Shown: positions 62,747 through 64,000 of the stretch, piece after piece | How positions within the stretch are numbered: position 1 is the stretch's first letter | Layout of the letters: the number at the start of each line of letters is the position of its first letter | Sequence record: OQ708376.1 | Length of the DNA stretch: 64,000 nt | Strand: one strand, 5' to 3' | Translations under genes and position numbers: made by a program | The notes under the pieces: model-generated | The model's database searches: none | Told to the model about the DNA's origin: nothing | The model's input: only the letters and a program-made list of their open reading frames with translations

Positions 62747-63848
62747 ATGAGTACTTCAATCGCTATCGTTAAAGCTTTCATCCGTACCAATGTTTCATCT
62801 GTATTCATCGACGGTCTGGATCGGGAAGTAGAATACTCAATCATTATCGCACAGACTGCAAACGGTGCTCGGTATATCCTTAATGATAGTGAAGCAAATC
62901 ACTACTACTTCACTAAAGCTACTGGCTTTAAACGCATCGATGCTGACGTAGTATACACTAAGATGAATAAGCTGGTAGACAAGATTAACGCGAAAGGTAC
63001 TATCGATTTACAGTACTGGACCGAAACCGATCCAGAATATGGATCTCACCGCTACCTGAATCCAGGTATTAAAATGTAAAAAGTACTTGCATAGTACTTA
63101 GAATCAAGTATAATGTTTTACATAGAGAGGGGGAAATGGTTCTCCCTCCTAAATTAAGGAGTTTTATCATGACCTTCTCAATCAATTCCTTCGCTGACGT
63201 TTTAGTACTGGCTCGGACTTTCGGTAAAGATGCACTGGAGTACGCTGTAAGTAATGGTACTATCCAACCGGAACAGTGCCGCATCATTGGAAACTGCAAA
63301 CGTTGGGCGGTATCCAATACTATTGCACTGGAAAACTTCCACGATGGCAACAATGAATATTCTGTTGATGTAGTATTCGAAGCCGTTGATCTCGGCGGTA
63401 TCTATAATACTAACCTGAATGATGTGCGTATCGTTCGCACGGGGTTCGGTGCTTATGATGTATCTATTCGTGAAGCTATGAACACCGGATACATTAGCAA
63501 GGACTTACTTGCTCACATCATGCAGCTGTGTACGGAACGTAACGAAGCACGCACTATCTTAGGACTGTAAGCGTTACACATCACCAAACATCATAGGCCG
63601 CCTTGTAGCGGCCTTAACTATATCAGGAGGGCATACATATGTTCTATACAGTATACAGCGTTCTAGGTACTATTGCAGGCGTACATGATAACGTCAATGA
63701 TGCTATGCGTACAGTACTGCAACAGGTTCCACTAAAGCCTAAGACCATTAAGCAGATGACAGCACGACTAACCAGGGCGACCGATGGCGTGGAAGTATGG
63801 CAGGACTACGGGGATACACAGATAATCGTTAGCGTAACGAAGGATTAA
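62747..63848 (+). CDS. three early genes (62747..63079, 63169..63570, 63639..63848)
   Basis: AGGAG/GGAGG RBS; promoter cassettes. Confidence 0.7.
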
Positions 63849-64000
63849 TGCGTAAAGGGATCTAGTACTGATTCAGAAAAAAGTCAAGGCGTTTTTAAAA
63901 TTATGCGTTAAAAAAATGCATAGGTAATCCCTTGACTTTTTTGAAATAAAAGGGATTGGACTATGGCAAAATGCGTAGGGGGCTAAAGGGCGGGTAACCT

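Larger units (their letters stand above)
45503..63150 (+). promoter_or_regulatory. family of >30 cloned strong early promoters, most followed by a 5' GC hairpin
   Basis: AAAAGTAC-TTGCA(A/C/T) or TTGACA -N16- TATAAT-GTTTTACAT(C/A), then GGGG(A)-loop-(T)CCCC; -35 at e.g. 45503, 45963, 46642, 47203, 47321, 48005, 48260, 48728, 53090, 53525, 55223, 57571, 60388. Confidence 0.9.
44800..64000 (+). other. early/host-takeover region, probable long terminal repeat
   Basis: Near one promoter per small gene, all protein genes on +, compositional shift; LTR status is inference. Confidence 0.6.

Noticed and set aside
45503-63150. Regularly recurring repeats read as a CRISPR array
   Set aside because: The repeats are promoters and hairpins with irregular spacing, separated by RBS-bearing genes; no cas genes
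1-64000. tRNA or rRNA genes
   Set aside because: No cloverleaf with TpsiC (GTTCRAATC) plus acceptor stem, and no rRNA signature, was recognised by eye; tRNAscan-SE would settle it

Overview
This is a 64-kb, AT-rich segment of a large lytic dsDNA phage genome. The gene repertoire and layout resemble jumbo myophages of the RAK2/GAP32/PBECO4/CBB group, which is inference from memory and was not checked by search. It falls into five blocks. (1) 1-28.4 kb: + strand accessory genes, including a phage sigma70-family factor, a proteasome-beta/Ntn-like protein, HNH and PD-(D/E)xK endonucleases, DenV, two protein kinases, an AAA-like ATPase and about 11 paralogous small membrane proteins. This block is punctuated by a reused terminator-promoter cassette. 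(2) 28.4-39.4 kb: nine tandem minus-strand RCC1/BLIP-II-like propeller paralogs with an invariant MLPFxRM N-terminus, mostly separated by a near-identical terminator/promoter/RBS cassette; two are frameshifted. (3) 39.5-43.6 kb: 17 tandem ~60-aa paralogs. (4) 43.6-45.5 kb: an essentially ORF-less region with hairpins and a phased 8-bp repeat array, a candidate origin or terminal-repeat boundary. (5) 45.5-64 kb: a compositionally distinct early/host-takeover region, probably a long terminal repeat. It has dozens of cloned strong promoters with 16-bp spacers and 5' hairpins, two families of covarying promoter-driven small structured RNAs, and H-NS-like, TraR/YbiI-like, GNAT and kinase genes. The palindrome AGTACT is roughly tenfold enriched across the window. 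No tRNA, rRNA or CRISPR array was recognised. All counts are by eye and all homology calls are by motif recognition.
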